IMG/VR virus record: IMGVR_UViG_3300017917_000199
Span: 20,962 to 84,961 of that record
Origin: a virus
Direction: 5' to 3' (one strand)
Length of the DNA: 64,000 nt
Shown: piece by piece, positions 27,107-38,900 of the stretch
Layout of the letters: each line of letters begins with the position of its first letter
Position numbering within the stretch: position 1 is the stretch's first letter
Position numbers and translations under genes: made by a program
Notes under the pieces: model-generated
The model's database searches: none
The model's input: the letters and a program-made list of their open reading frames with translations, nothing else
What the model was told of the DNA's origin: nothing

Positions 27107-29803
27107 TTATGCGTATGTTGCACCTACTGTATACCACTGAGTAGAACTTGATGCAATAAATTGTAATGAACTTGACGTAGGCATTGTTAATGCTGCGTTA
27201 GCTGCTTGTGAATTTATAATCGCGCTACTAGCAGGATATACCAATAAACTATTTGCGCTAGTGTTAACAATATTAATTACCATACCTGCTACTGCTGTAG
27301 GTAATACAACACCTTGACCAGTTGATACTGTAGATACGATGTTGATTTCTTTTGTTAGCGGAGTCGCGTTACCTTGAACAGTTCCTGCGGCACTAATTCC
27401 AGTGTTTACTGAACGAATATGATAACCCGTTGTTATAACATTCCCACTTGTTATATTTCCAGATGAACTAACATTACCGAATATATTGCCAATTATATTA
27501 CCTGCGTTAATATTACCAGATACAATCAAATATGATAACGTACCAACTTCTGTAATGTTAGGTTGTGAAGATGCGGCTGTTGCAAATTTACCAGTAAAGA
27601 AATTTGCTGTTGCAAGATTTCCTAAATTAGCATTTACTGATATGATATTCCCGCCTACAGTTAGTGCACCTGTTGTCTTGTTGAACGTTAAATTCGCGTT
27701 ACCTGCATAAGTAGAACCACCGTCATTGAATATAACTTGAGTATTTGCACCTTGCGCCGGAACCAATGTTGCAGTGTCCCAAGACAATGAACCACTTCCG
27801 TTTGTTCGTAAGAATGCGCCATTAACGCCACCTGTAATAGTTACATTACCGTTAGGACCTAAGTTAGTCAAACCACTAACTGTAAGTCCTGTTAATGTAC
27901 CTACACTAGTAACATTAGGTTGACTTGCAGTTGTTAGACTACCTGTTAATCGTGTAGCTATTACACCTGTAGCACCTATGTTACCTACGTTAGCATTGCC
28001 CGTAACATTTAATGTACCTGCAACATTCACCCCAGTACTGGTTACAACCTGTACATTAGATACACCTGCAACACTCGTATTTACATTACCATTTAAATCT
28101 ACAGAAACGTTGCTTGTTCCATTAACAATAAATGAACCTGCAGCTACTGAGATGTTGCTGATTTGCCAACCATCACCCGCTAAGTATGCTCCTTTAATTG
28201 TACCACTATTAGCATAAACATTACCTGCTACTACGTTAGCAGTTACAGCTAAAGCACTTAATGTACCTACACTAGTAATATTAGGTTGTGCATTAGTAGT
28301 TACTGTTCCAGCTGTAGTAGCACTTGTTGCGGTTGTAGCTGTTGTAGCTAAGCCTGCATTAGTTGCGTAAGTTGCATTTGCAACAGTTCCTGTAACATTA
28401 CCACCTGCTATATTTGATAATCCACTACCGTCACCACTTACATTAGTGAATACACCATTACTAGCACCAATATTACCAACATTAGCGTTACCAGAAACTG
28501 ATAGTGTTGATAGTACACCTACACCAGTAATGTTGGGCTGTGTGGCGGTTGTTACTGTTCCGGCTGTAGTAGCGTTACCTGATAAGTTAGCTGTTATAAC
28601 ATTTGCTGAAAAACTTCCATTAGCATCACGAATGACAACAGTATTAGGTGTTGCTGCACTGTCAGTTGTGTACCCGTCTAATAAATCAGCGTTTAAGTTT
28701 GCAACTTTGGTTGTACTAGATACTGATAGTGGTGCCGTGCCTGTCGCAATAGTAGAAATTAGTTGACCAGCAGTTATTAGGTTTGATCCAGTTATATTGC
28801 CAGAAGAATCTAGCGTACCAGCAACATTAACACCCGTTGATTTAACTATTAATACGTTTGCGGTACCCGCTACACTTAAATTAATATTACCACTAGCTGC
28901 AGGAATATTTAAATTGCTCGTACCATTAGACAACGGGCTTACTAAGTTACCTATTACTACATTTGCTAGTGTAGTATCACCAGTTACATTTAATGTACCG
29001 GCAACATTGACACCCGTACTAGTTACAACGTGTACGTTAGCCACGCCGCCAACACTTGTATTAACATTACTATTTGTAACAACAATTACATTACTTGTAC
29101 CGCCTTCAATTTTGTTACCGGCAGAAACTGACAAATTAGATAATAGATAACCATCACCGCTGAAATAATTAGCTGTTACTAAATTACCTAAATTAGCATT
29201 TCCTGATGTGATATTTCCCGCAACACCTAAACTAGTTAATGTACCTACACTTGTAATATTTGGTTGTGCATTAGTTGTTAATGTGCCTGTAAAGAAATTA
29301 GCACTTATCGAGTTTCCAGCTGTAATATTTCCTACATTACTGTTACCGGTTACATTTAATGCACCTACTACTGATAGATTACTACCTACGTTTGCATAAC
29401 CTGTTACTATTAGATTCCCTCCCACATTAGAGTTTCCTGTAACAGATGAATTTCCAGTTAATGACAAATTACCGGTAGATAAAGTTGGAGGAACGTCAAT
29501 ATATAATTGTTGCGATGTATTAGAAAGTATAGCAGTGGTTCCACCATTACTACCAATACCTACACTCAATGTCGATGTTCTTACTTGAACACACGCTAAT
29601 GTAGCACTGACTACAACGTTTCCAGTGGGAGAACTAACGGATATACCGGCGCCTGGTGTATTGTTAACAGTAACAACACTACCTAAAATAGTTGTAGCGT
29701 ATAGTTCGGAAAAGTTATTTTGTACCTTTTGAAACGCGGTTCGTATCGCATCTGCATCTGGATCGTCTGGAAACGCTCCAAAATCAATATATTGTTGTGC
29801 CAT
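27107..29803 (-). CDS. Long tail fibre-like protein with internal repeats
   Basis: D.IRTAFQKVQNNFSELY N-terminus; five QPNITxVG-type repeats; G/N/T/V-rich. Confidence 0.7.
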   Translation of the reverse strand: MAQQYIDFGAFPDDPDADAIRTAFQKVQNNFSELYATTILGSVVTVNNTPGAGISVSSPTGNVVVSATLACVQVRTSTLSVGIGSNGGTTAILSNTSQQLYIDVPPTLSTGNLSLTGNSSVTGNSNVGGNLIVTGYANVGSNLSVVGALNVTGNSNVGNITAGNSISANFFTGTLTTNAQPNITSVGTLTSLGVAGNITSGNANLGNLVTANYFSGDGYLLSNLSVSAGNKIEGGTSNVIVVTNSNVNTSVGGVANVHVVTSTGVNVAGTLNVTGDTTLANVVIGNLVSPLSNGTSNLNIPAASGNINLSVAGTANVLIVKSTGVNVAGTLDSSGNITGSNLITAGQLISTIATGTAPLSVSSTTKVANLNADLLDGYTTDSAATPNTVVIRDANGSFSANVITANLSGNATTAGTVTTATQPNITGVGVLSTLSVSGNANVGNIGASNGVFTNVSGDGSGLSNIAGGNVTGTVANATYATNAGLATTATTATSATTAGTVTTNAQPNITSVGTLSALAVTANVVAGNVYANSGTIKGAYLAGDGWQISNISVAAGSFIVNGTSNVSVDLNGNVNTSVAGVSNVQVVTSTGVNVAGTLNVTGNANVGNIGATGVIATRLTGSLTTASQPNVTSVGTLTGLTVSGLTNLGPNGNVTITGGVNGAFLRTNGSGSLSWDTATLVPAQGANTQVIFNDGGSTYAGNANLTFNKTTGALTVGGNIISVNANLGNLATANFFTGKFATAASSQPNITEVGTLSYLIVSGNINAGNIIGNIFGNVSSSGNITSGNVITTGYHIRSVNTGISAAGTVQGNATPLTKEINIVSTVSTGQGVVLPTAVAGMVINIVNTSANSLLVYPASSAIINSQAANAALTMPTSSSLQFIASSSTQWYTVGATYA

Positions 29804-29853
29804 TTTTATATCACCTTATCTATTATTTATCGTTTTTAGATAAATGGATGCCC

Positions 29854-29885
29854 AAAAAAATACCCGACTGTTGCCGGGTATTTTT
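29854..29885. terminator. Rho-independent terminator
   Basis: AAAAAAATACCCG-actgttgc-CGGGTATTTTT. Confidence 0.8.
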
Positions 29886-29899
29886 AATTTAAGTTAGTA

Positions 29900-32020
29900 T
29901 CACTTGATACCTGCTAACTTTTTCCAGTCATTAACTGATTCGTTAGTAGCACCATTGTAACCCATGCGGTCATTCTGACCTGCGATTACAGGGACTGTTG
30001 TTTGACCGGTTGATTTCTTCTTATTCAAACCACTAGAAATAACATCAGTCATAAACTTGATATCAGTTTCAAATGTATCATCAGCACTGTTTGCATAAGA
30101 TTCTTCTAAATCTTTTTCTTCTTCGGCTGCTGCTTCATAAGATGCTGCTTCAGCTTCGTGTTCACCTTTAGCGTAGTTTGCAGATGCTTCGTCTTCGGCA
30201 GCTTCTGCATTTTCGTCAGCAGAAGTTTCTTGTTCTTCTGTTTCGTCTTCTGCTACTTGGTAAGTACGTTGATCCATTGTTTCTGTTTCTTCAACAGCTT
30301 CTTCGTCATCACATCCGCAATCAGATTTTCCGCATGCATCACATACTTCTTCGTGGTCTTCATCTTCAAAGTCGTGGTCATGACCAGCAAATCCTGCTTC
30401 TGGACCTTTTGGCTCAGCACCTACTACCTTTTTGATTAAGTTCATCATGCCATCATGGTCATCAACTACATCAATCTCAGCACCACCTGTACCGATTTCT
30501 GCAGGCTCACCTTTATCTACTGTCATTGGTGCTGCTGCAGGAGCTTCTTCACCACCAAACAAACCTAAACCAGCTTGCTTAATTAATGCTAATAGTTGGT
30601 CAGCTTCACCGTCTTGTGCAGTTACTGAAACTGAATCAGGCATTCCTTGTTGACCTTTACTGATAGAAACAGTCATACCTTCACTAACTTCTTCTTTACC
30701 TTCTAGTAAAGCATTTAGTTCTTTGTCCCATGATTCAAAAGCAAATGGGCTTTCAGTTACTTTAGCATCATAATTTGTTTTGTCTGTAAATGTTTTGCCA
30801 CCAACACTGAACTTACCACCTTTTGGTGTCTTGGCAAGTGCTGCTGTAAATGCATTGCCTTCTTCTACACCATCGTGTTCAGCTTGGTCAGCCATGCCAC
30901 TTACTGTTGCTGGAGGTGTTGTTTCACCTACATAACCTTGTATTGGCATCTGTCCATAGCACTCATCTAGACCTTCTTTGTAGCCTTCGTGATAATGTCT
31001 TGCTTCTTCCATATCGTCATAACGGCAGTTATAACCTTCTTTTGCAAGAGCATGTGCCTTACCTGCTAATCTTGCAGATTGTAATTTATGATTCATACCT
31101 TCATCAACTTTCTTTTTGTCTTGTGCGGCTTTTTTCATTGACTCTTTCTTGTTGCCGTCTTTGTCTAAATCTAAGAAGTCAGGTTTAGCTTTACCTTCTA
31201 ATGTAGTTGCGCTACGTCCTGCACCTAATCCTGCACCTGCTGTGCTATCATCTGTAGGGATCGTACCTTCTTCAATGCTTTCATGTGTAGCACGTAGTTT
31301 AGCTAACACTGCACCCGCTACTTTTTCACCGCGTTCTTTAGAACCATAACGCTTTGCAGCGTCAGCAGCAATCTTAGCAAATTGCTTACCTGGCTTACCG
31401 ATATCTTTACCAGCACGCGCTTTCTTAGCACTGTAATCACCTGTAGCTTCATCCATGTCATCTTCTGACATAGTTTGTTGACCTTGTTGTACAGGCTGAC
31501 CTGGTTTTTGTTGTTGAGTAGGAACAACAATCTGTGCTTTCTTTTGTTGTGCTAGTTTACTGATAGCATCTTTCATTGCTTGACCAGCAGGACTGTTATC
31601 ATCAATGTGTAAGAAGCCTGCGCCAGTTTGCTGTGTGTCGCCTTGCTTACCAACTACTGGAATAGCTTGTTGAGCCATCATTTCATTCAATGCTGCATCC
31701 ATTGAATCAAAATATTCTTTTAGTCTGTGCTTCTTAGAAACAGTGCCTACTTCTTTCTTAGGCTTTTGTCCAGCACCTAAAGCAGCACCAAGACTCTTAG
31801 TATCAAACTTTTTCTCTTCGCCTGTCTCACTGTCAGCATTCTTCTTAGGACGACCGCGACCCTTTTTAGGTGCATCAGCTTTTACTTTTTTGCCTTCAGA
31901 ATCTTCATCGTCTTTGCGACCATAGCCACCTGGCTCAGCAGTGTGAATACGACCTTTACCTGTTTCTTTTGTAGCTTCATTCAACTGGTCTAGTTGTGAT
32001 AATAAACTTTTGAAATCCAT
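29900..32020 (-). CDS. Large acidic/basic modular protein, putative prohead core/internal polyprotein
   Basis: Many [LIVM]xE sites separating basic modules; EF-hand-like DLDKDGN. Confidence 0.55.
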   Translation of the reverse strand: MDFKSLLSQLDQLNEATKETGKGRIHTAEPGGYGRKDDEDSEGKKVKADAPKKGRGRPKKNADSETGEEKKFDTKSLGAALGAGQKPKKEVGTVSKKHRLKEYFDSMDAALNEMMAQQAIPVVGKQGDTQQTGAGFLHIDDNSPAGQAMKDAISKLAQQKKAQIVVPTQQQKPGQPVQQGQQTMSEDDMDEATGDYSAKKARAGKDIGKPGKQFAKIAADAAKRYGSKERGEKVAGAVLAKLRATHESIEEGTIPTDDSTAGAGLGAGRSATTLEGKAKPDFLDLDKDGNKKESMKKAAQDKKKVDEGMNHKLQSARLAGKAHALAKEGYNCRYDDMEEARHYHEGYKEGLDECYGQMPIQGYVGETTPPATVSGMADQAEHDGVEEGNAFTAALAKTPKGGKFSVGGKTFTDKTNYDAKVTESPFAFESWDKELNALLEGKEEVSEGMTVSISKGQQGMPDSVSVTAQDGEADQLLALIKQAGLGLFGGEEAPAAAPMTVDKGEPAEIGTGGAEIDVVDDHDGMMNLIKKVVGAEPKGPEAGFAGHDHDFEDEDHEEVCDACGKSDCGCDDEEAVEETETMDQRTYQVAEDETEEQETSADENAEAAEDEASANYAKGEHEAEAASYEAAAEEEKDLEESYANSADDTFETDIKFMTDVISSGLNKKKSTGQTTVPVIAGQNDRMGYNGATNESVNDWKKLAGIK

Positions 32021-32031
32021 TTTAGTTATCC

Positions 32032-32661
32032 TTATTTGTTAAAACTAGCACCAGTTTTAGGTTTTGCTGGGCGTGTGATTGTAGTCATTGGACTCTTTGC
32101 ACCTAACTTATCGTCAGATAGATATGGTTTGAAAGGGTCAAACGCATCAGGTGTTTCTTTAGCAGCATATTGCATTTCAATCTTATCATCTTTAGATTGA
32201 TCCTTAATACTCTGTAAATATGAATCACCGTATGCTTTAGCAGCTTCTTTAGCACCAGGCTGTTCTTCCATTTCTTCGTGTGTAAGAACTGGGTTGTGAT
32301 CCATTTCGTTTGCGTATCCTGCCATTTCGCTGTTGATGCTATCATCAAAGCTAGAACTAATACAACGAACCATATTTACGTTATAACCTAATAGTTGAGC
32401 AATTTGCTGAACCATTGGCTCTGTAGCTGGATATCTAAATTCGCACTTTAGAATAGTTACAGACTGATTCGCCAAGTTAGGAAAACCATATGGGTCTTTT
32501 TGTATAGGTGTTTGAACTGGGTCAGAGATTTTAACTGGGTCAAACTTCTTCAAATTGTATTTGAACAAGTCAACAAAGTTTTTATCAACATCACCGGCGA
32601 TTTTGATAGTGTAATTGTAAGTCTTTACACTTTCCATTATGTATTGTTTGAGGCTTCGCAT
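32032..32661 (-). CDS. Putative head-associated protein
   Basis: Start at MRSLKQYIME (SD AGGA, late promoter upstream). Confidence 0.55.
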   Translation of the reverse strand: MRSLKQYIMESVKTYNYTIKIAGDVDKNFVDLFKYNLKKFDPVKISDPVQTPIQKDPYGFPNLANQSVTILKCEFRYPATEPMVQQIAQLLGYNVNMVRCISSSFDDSINSEMAGYANEMDHNPVLTHEEMEEQPGAKEAAKAYGDSYLQSIKDQSKDDKIEMQYAAKETPDAFDPFKPYLSDDKLGAKSPMTTITRPAKPKTGASFNK

Positions 32662-32687
32662 CGTGTTATTCCTGTATTCAGTATTTA

Positions 32688-33170
32688 TCATTTCTCATCG
32701 GTTTTTGAGTTGAGCATTCTTAGTAATTCGTTCCTATCTAATGATTTACCCTCACCGACTGGAGTGTTTTCAATTTCTTCTGTTTTGCTAGCAAGTTTTT
32801 GGTCTAGTTGTGCTTTCTTTAACTGCAAATCAAGCATTTTTAGCTTTTTATTAATCTTTGCTGTCTTAGCTGTGATAGCGTGTCCTAGCATAGAACTAGC
32901 ACTATTGAATATTTCACTAGCAAAACGACTATCAACTTGCATACCTAGATCCATTAAGTCTTTATAACTGCTAGTGGCAAGTTGTGCTAACTCGTCCATT
33001 TCTCCATCCGCAGCTTCTAAACCTTTAACTTGAGGTAATGCATTTTCAATCTTTTCTAAGTTATTCAATGCTTCTGTTGTTATTTCTTCTGCATCCTGAG
33101 GAATGTTCAGCATAACACCGCTAGTGTCATCTTCAGGAAGTTCAAATAATTCGTTGAGTTTTTTGGTCAT
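32688..33170 (-). CDS. Hypothetical protein, possibly terminase small subunit-like
   Basis: Helical pattern R..E....ML...AK...LDLQ.KK...RNELLRML, reminiscent of T4-like gp16. Confidence 0.35.
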   Translation of the reverse strand: MTKKLNELFELPEDDTSGVMLNIPQDAEEITTEALNNLEKIENALPQVKGLEAADGEMDELAQLATSSYKDLMDLGMQVDSRFASEIFNSASSMLGHAITAKTAKINKKLKMLDLQLKKAQLDQKLASKTEEIENTPVGEGKSLDRNELLRMLNSKTDEK

Positions 33171-33182
33171 GAAAGTATTTAT

Positions 33183-33620
33183 TTACTTACGTGAACCATT
33201 TCTAAAAAGGTCATCTTCTGTGATTACACGAAACGTATAACCTTGCTGTTTGCAGTAAGCAGTTGCTGCTTGCCACTTAGCATGATTGATAGCTACAATA
33301 GCCCTGTCTTTAGCACTAGCTACTCTACTTTCAATAAGACTCTGTTTCTTTGGTTTTATTTCCACAATTTCAGCAAGTTGTCTGCCGTGTTTGTTTTGAT
33401 ATACTACGAAAAAGTCAGGAACGTAACGTGACATTTTTCCAGTCAATGGGTGACGATAAGGTACTGATATAGCTTCACTGGCCCAATACAATATATTTGC
33501 ATTGTTATCGCAGAAGTTCATAAATGTAAGTTCCCAGCCACTACGATATTTAGGCTTATGATTCCCTACATATTTCTGAGGGTTCTTGGGAGTAAAGATT
33601 CCTTGTGCCCAGTTTCCCAT
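33183..33620 (-). CDS. Head completion nuclease (T4 gp4-like, TnsA fold)
   Basis: QGIFTPKNPQKYVG, YRSGWE, WASE, YVPDF, EIKP, N.AKW.AA, ITEDDL. Confidence 0.88.
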   Translation of the reverse strand: MGNWAQGIFTPKNPQKYVGNHKPKYRSGWELTFMNFCDNNANILYWASEAISVPYRHPLTGKMSRYVPDFFVVYQNKHGRQLAEIVEIKPKKQSLIESRVASAKDRAIVAINHAKWQAATAYCKQQGYTFRVITEDDLFRNGSRK

Positions 33621-33622
33621 GA

Positions 33623-33982
33623 TTATTGCACTATGTTACGTGCCACTGGTTGATTAGATTGTGGTATTGTACTAATACCATATAAACTAGTTTTAGATTT
33701 GAAACTGTTCATGTAATATGCCATTGTTCTGTTCATATCCATTTTAGTTCCACTCTGCAAACTTTGTAATAAATCTAAAATATAGATATTTGTTTCTTGT
33801 GCGATTCTAAAAAGAAACGCGGTAAAGTTGTTGGCAATTTGATTAGTTGCACACACTGATCTGAAGTATCCATTAACTACATCATACTCACTAGGATTAA
33901 CGACCAAGTCTATTGAATAAAAATCGTCAAATATTCTTATTGTTTGGTCTAAACCTGATCTTGAATCTATAATTTTTGGCAT
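33623..33982 (-). CDS. Hypothetical virion-region protein
   Basis: 119-aa ORF in the tail operon. Confidence 0.5.
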   Translation of the reverse strand: MPKIIDSRSGLDQTIRIFDDFYSIDLVVNPSEYDVVNGYFRSVCATNQIANNFTAFLFRIAQETNIYILDLLQSLQSGTKMDMNRTMAYYMNSFKSKTSLYGISTIPQSNQPVARNIVQ

Positions 33983-33989
33983 AATATTT

Positions 33990-35192
33990 TTAATCTCTTA
34001 CCGGAGGAGGACTTGATCTACCTGTTGTTTGCCCAGCTTGTCCTGGTCCAGGTGTTTGACCTGTTACAGGGAACTGGAATAAATTATTTCTATTTGGAGT
34101 ATTTAATACTGAATTATACACACCTGCTTTAAGTTCTTGACTTGCAACATTTTTAATATTAAGGTTCTTGAAAGTGTTATATGCAGTACCAGCTTTCTGT
34201 ATTGCGGCTATTGGATTTATGTTACCATTTTCATCGGGAGTCAAATCTTGTAATATACCATTAGCAGCATCTACTAATCCACCTTGACCTAATATCGTTG
34301 ATTGAGAACCAGGTCTTGCTATAGGACTCAATGTTCTGTCATACAATCCAAGATTACCGAATGTTGTAATAATGTCGCTTGGATTTCTACCATTGATTGC
34401 ACCGTCAAAATATTTGACAGTTTCATAATCAACTGTCATTTTATTTTCCATTACACCTTGACCTTCACTATAATTATATTGGTCGTGTGAGTATCTAGTA
34501 ATGATGGGATTTACTAATGTATAAGCAGAAAATTTATGTTGATTAAAACCAAATATAGTTATATTTCTAAAGAAAGGAGGTTTTGTTTCTCCGGTCGATG
34601 TTGCGGTATTGCTATTAATGCTTCTAGCAGTCTCGCCGATATAGCCCCAAGAATTGTCACCTTCAATTTCTTGAGGTGTAGCATATTGGGTTCTTTTAGA
34701 ATAATCTTTAACTAATTTTCCATTGTTTGGAATAACTTTAGTAGGCTCACCCAATGATCTTCCGGCTGATATATTAACTGGTCTATTGGGATCATTGTAA
34801 TAATATGAATAGTAACTATACCATAGATTTCTTGCTAAGTTTCCATTGTCATCATGGAACGTGATATCTATTGGATCATACTTAATTTTTGTTTGTACAA
34901 TTCTTTTACGATTGTACTGATTCATTTGGTGTGTTTCTAGTGTAAAGTTAGGCAATGCTGCACTTTTAACAGTGAGAGACAAATTATTTGTTGTCCCTAT
35001 ATTAGAAAATGTAGTAACTTCAGGATTAATATCAAATACAACGTGAAATAAAAATTTGAGTTTAGGTGCATACTGATAAGAATTGCTTCTAAAAGTTTGC
35101 GCTGCATGGGTATAATCACGAAGGTAATCGCTGCCGAAGAAAGCTCCGGCAGCGTCACGTAATTGGTTTTGTGCCCAGTTACCTAAACTCAT
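33990..35192 (-). CDS. Tail tube-fold protein (baseplate/tube initiator-like)
   Basis: PKLKFLFHVVF, VKSAALP, NQYNRKR, YDPIDITFHDD. Confidence 0.65.
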   Translation of the reverse strand: MSLGNWAQNQLRDAAGAFFGSDYLRDYTHAAQTFRSNSYQYAPKLKFLFHVVFDINPEVTTFSNIGTTNNLSLTVKSAALPNFTLETHQMNQYNRKRIVQTKIKYDPIDITFHDDNGNLARNLWYSYYSYYYNDPNRPVNISAGRSLGEPTKVIPNNGKLVKDYSKRTQYATPQEIEGDNSWGYIGETARSINSNTATSTGETKPPFFRNITIFGFNQHKFSAYTLVNPIITRYSHDQYNYSEGQGVMENKMTVDYETVKYFDGAINGRNPSDIITTFGNLGLYDRTLSPIARPGSQSTILGQGGLVDAANGILQDLTPDENGNINPIAAIQKAGTAYNTFKNLNIKNVASQELKAGVYNSVLNTPNRNNLFQFPVTGQTPGPGQAGQTTGRSSPPPVRD

Positions 35193-35201
35193 AATTTAAA
35201 T

Positions 35202-35846
35202 TTAAGCAGCTTGGTTAGAACCGATACCTGTTGTAGAACCAGTAGCTCCACTTAATGCACGACCTACACTTGTTCCTACACCAGAACTCAATGGTGACTG
35301 AACTGCATTATCGTAACGAATTGTCAAAGAAATTGTTACAACATCGTTAGTTCCATAATTTAATGTATTGTAATTAGCTGCTTGGATGAAGCATCCATAG
35401 CATTCCCAAGTTTCTAATACTGTAGGAACTGCTGTACCGTTACCACCGTCTAAGATTTCAATGTTTGTCTGGAATTTGTAATCTTGGCCAGTAGCTGCTG
35501 ATGCTTGCTCAACAAAGTCTAATTGTTTCTGTAGTTGTTGACCAACTAACTTAGAAACTTGTCCACCTGCATCATCTCTAATGTTAACTGTCAATGCTGT
35601 CCACTCATGGCGACCAGCTAGATACATTGTAGAGTTGTATACGGGAATACTAATTTCACCGAAACTAACTTGTGGGCGATTGATATCAATAACTTGCTTT
35701 GTTAGTTCGATTGTGTTTCCAATACCTAAATTCAAAAAGTTGACTCTGAAACGGTATTGTAATTTGGGCATCAACAAACCTTGGTTACCACCAGCGTTAT
35801 CTGATGCTACGGTCATGTTGAACAATGATTGAGAGGCTGTTGCCAT
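35202..35846 (-). CDS. Tail tube protein (gp19-like)
   Basis: PKLQYRFRV, YLAGRHEW, ETWECYGCF, TIRYDNA; directly follows the sheath gene. Confidence 0.85.
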   Translation of the reverse strand: MATASQSLFNMTVASDNAGGNQGLLMPKLQYRFRVNFLNLGIGNTIELTKQVIDINRPQVSFGEISIPVYNSTMYLAGRHEWTALTVNIRDDAGGQVSKLVGQQLQKQLDFVEQASAATGQDYKFQTNIEILDGGNGTAVPTVLETWECYGCFIQAANYNTLNYGTNDVVTISLTIRYDNAVQSPLSSGVGTSVGRALSGATGSTTGIGSNQAA

Positions 35847-35885
35847 TTCGTTTCTCCTATAATCTTATTTATCTCTTTAACTGAT

Positions 35886-35901
35886 GCCCCCTTTCGGGGG
35901 C
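35886..35901 (-). other. GC hairpin with GAAA tetraloop between sheath and tube genes
   Basis: GCCCCC-GAAA-GGGGGC with no U-tract on the coding strand; may be a stability element or weak terminator. Confidence 0.5.
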
Positions 35902-35910
35902 TTTCAATTA

Positions 35911-38900
35911 TTAAACTGCTGCCAATTCACCTGTATTCAAAATACGAACTGGGATATAGATGAATTCAGCTGCCTTGACAGGCTCAACTGCAACGTCAAT
36001 CCATAGTTCATTTCTGTCAATTCTAGCTGGAGTGTTGTTACTTTCGTCACAAACAACTAGATAGTCGTACAAGCCGCGTTTAGCAACTAAATCAATCATC
36101 AATGTTTCTACAACACCAGAGATTTCTTTACGTGTCAACGCATCGTTAGGCTCGAATACAAACGGACGAGCAGCTAATGTTAACTGTCTACGTATGTAAG
36201 CAATTAATCGTGCAACGTTTGTTCTATCTAATGCAGATTGACTATTGAAACTTGTCTTGTTACCATAGTTCAACAAGCCAACACCAGTGAAGAATACTAA
36301 TGGGTTGATGAAGTTAGTATATAAGATATCACGTATACCAATACGTGTCTTAATAGAAACAAACTCACCTGTTGCACTATCTACATAACCAATGCTAGAT
36401 GCATTGTCAATGTTACCGCGGCGAGTGCCTGCTGCTGCTAACCAAGGATAAGCAATTGTGTCATTTCTGACAAATGTGCGTAACATCATGTGTGATGCAG
36501 GAACAGCAACTGAGTTACCTGACAAGTCTGTAGCAAGACCACTTGGGTAGAATAGACCCATGTATGTATTGCGTGTTACTAGACCTTCTTCACCTGTGCT
36601 AGATGCACCTGCTGCGTTAGTGGCCCAATTTTGAATTGCTGTACCGCTATCAGCTAATCTCATTGGTGTGTCACCTAAGATATAGCAAGTTTCACCACGA
36701 GCACCGTTCAACTCAATCATATCTGGTTGTAGTTCAGGGTAGTTAGGTGTAGCCATTAAGTTGAAGAAGTTATCTTCGTCACGGATAGCTGTATTTGTAA
36801 CGATAGCTGCCTTCAATGCTTGAACAACCATAGCACGTTGAGCTTGACGGCCCATGTATGGAGCGCCATTTGTCATATTACCGCTTACTGTCACCCATGT
36901 ATCAGTATAAGTTGGTAATACAGAGTTAGGGAAACTATCTATGTTAAAATAGTTGGATCTGTATTGCTTTACGTTATAACCTGAACGGCGTGTGTTGAAT
37001 AACAACATACCAGATGGATATAATGTTGGCTCAGGTGCGTCTAAATCAACGTTGTTGCTTGTTAACAAGCTAACAATTGTTGGGATAGGATCATCGATTG
37101 GGCTAATGCTATTTTGATTGCTAGACCAACGTGCATCGGCAAATACAATACCTGTTGACCCAGTGTTGTCAGTATTGTCAATTAAGACCCACTGATTTAC
37201 ACCGCTGACTGACTGCCAACGACTGATTACAGGGTAATTTTCTAAGTCACTGGTGTTGATCCATAAATCACCGTATTCTAATTGTGTACCATCAGACTGT
37301 GTTGTAGGCTCAGATGCGCTTACGATAGGTCCGTTAGGATCAGTTAAGTTTGTACCAGTTGCTGTTGGGAAACCGCTACTATCATAGTTTCTGTTACCAT
37401 AACCATACCAAGCACCGTTGTAGTTAACCATAATATCAACTTGGTCAACAACACTATAGAACCAGTTTGTGTTATTAGCTGGAGCTACACCAGGAGCGCC
37501 TTCGTTTGCAGTGTATGTCATCTCTACCCAATTACTTAATTGAGTTAAGTATACCGCTGAAGGTTCGCCTGAAATATATGTGACTGCTGTTGCAGCGCCG
37601 GCACTTACTGCTGTTACTTGTAAGACTAAATCATTTGCGGGAGTTGTTCCGCCTAAATCTGCTCCGCTAATCGTTACAGTATCACCTATAACGTAACCAG
37701 AACCACCGTCGCCGATTCCTGTTCCGTTTACAATATAACTACCATATGAGTTAAGAATGTTAAATGTAGCAGAAGATCCGACACCGCTAGTACTATCCTG
37801 AACAATGCCAGTAAATGCTGCTGTAGATCCTGAACCGTATCTTACTCCAGTGTCACCTACTATAAAACCTGCTTCGGTTATTAATCCAGATGACACGTTA
37901 GTTGAAACAAAACTACTATCAACAGTATCATCCATCATAATTACGCCACCAGTTGTGTGTGTTAATTGTATAGAACCGTTTGTAGTTACTGTTGCAGTTG
38001 TGTAAGGAATATTTGCTGCTGCCCATGCTGTTACAAAATCAGTAGCATCGCTGTTATCGGCTAATGTAAAATTGTATGGTCCGGATAATGTTGAAGAACC
38101 TGGCACTGAAACATAAACATTCATGTAATACGAAACAGTATCAGGAGCAGCATCAAACGCTGGATTAGTTGTTGTTCCTGTTACAACTGTAGCTCCGGTA
38201 GCGATTCGTTCCCAGAAATATACAGGTGCTGTTCTAGCAGTACCATTGTAAAAATATTGTCCGTAAATTGTTCCTGCAGGAATAGCCTGGCCACCTGTAG
38301 CATCTAAGTCGTTAATTGCACCGGCATCGCTAGTAGCTAATGTAACATTCTTTAAATTCCAAGTTTGGGTAGTACCATTGAATACCGACATTTTTGGATT
38401 TAAACCATTGCCTGCAGCGCCAACTTTAACCCATACTGATCCAGTTGGGCGAGGTTGTGATTGACCAGTGGTCCATAATGGCATTTGTGCTGCTGTACCG
38501 TAACTTAGTAAAGGTTGATAGTAAGTTCCAGCTGTTATACCTAAATCAGTTAATGCTGTTCCTGAAACATCAGAAAGATTAACGTTTCCGTTAGAAACTC
38601 CGGATGTAAGTATTTGACTAGAAAAAATACATAATTTACCATTTCTAACTTCTGCTGATAGAGATGTCCATCCTAAATTATTAATTGCTGTTACAACACT
38701 TTCAGCATCAGCACCTACTGTGATAGTTGCAGTGTATAAACCTGACATATCAATATCAAATGTATCACCGGGATTCAATGTAGGATTTGATGTTCCACCT
38801 TGAACTGTTGGAACATCATTTCTCCATGAGTTAGAACCAAGTACGACCCATGTGTTTGTTGTAGTTTTGTAATAGTATGTTCTGTTAGCACCATTAGGTT

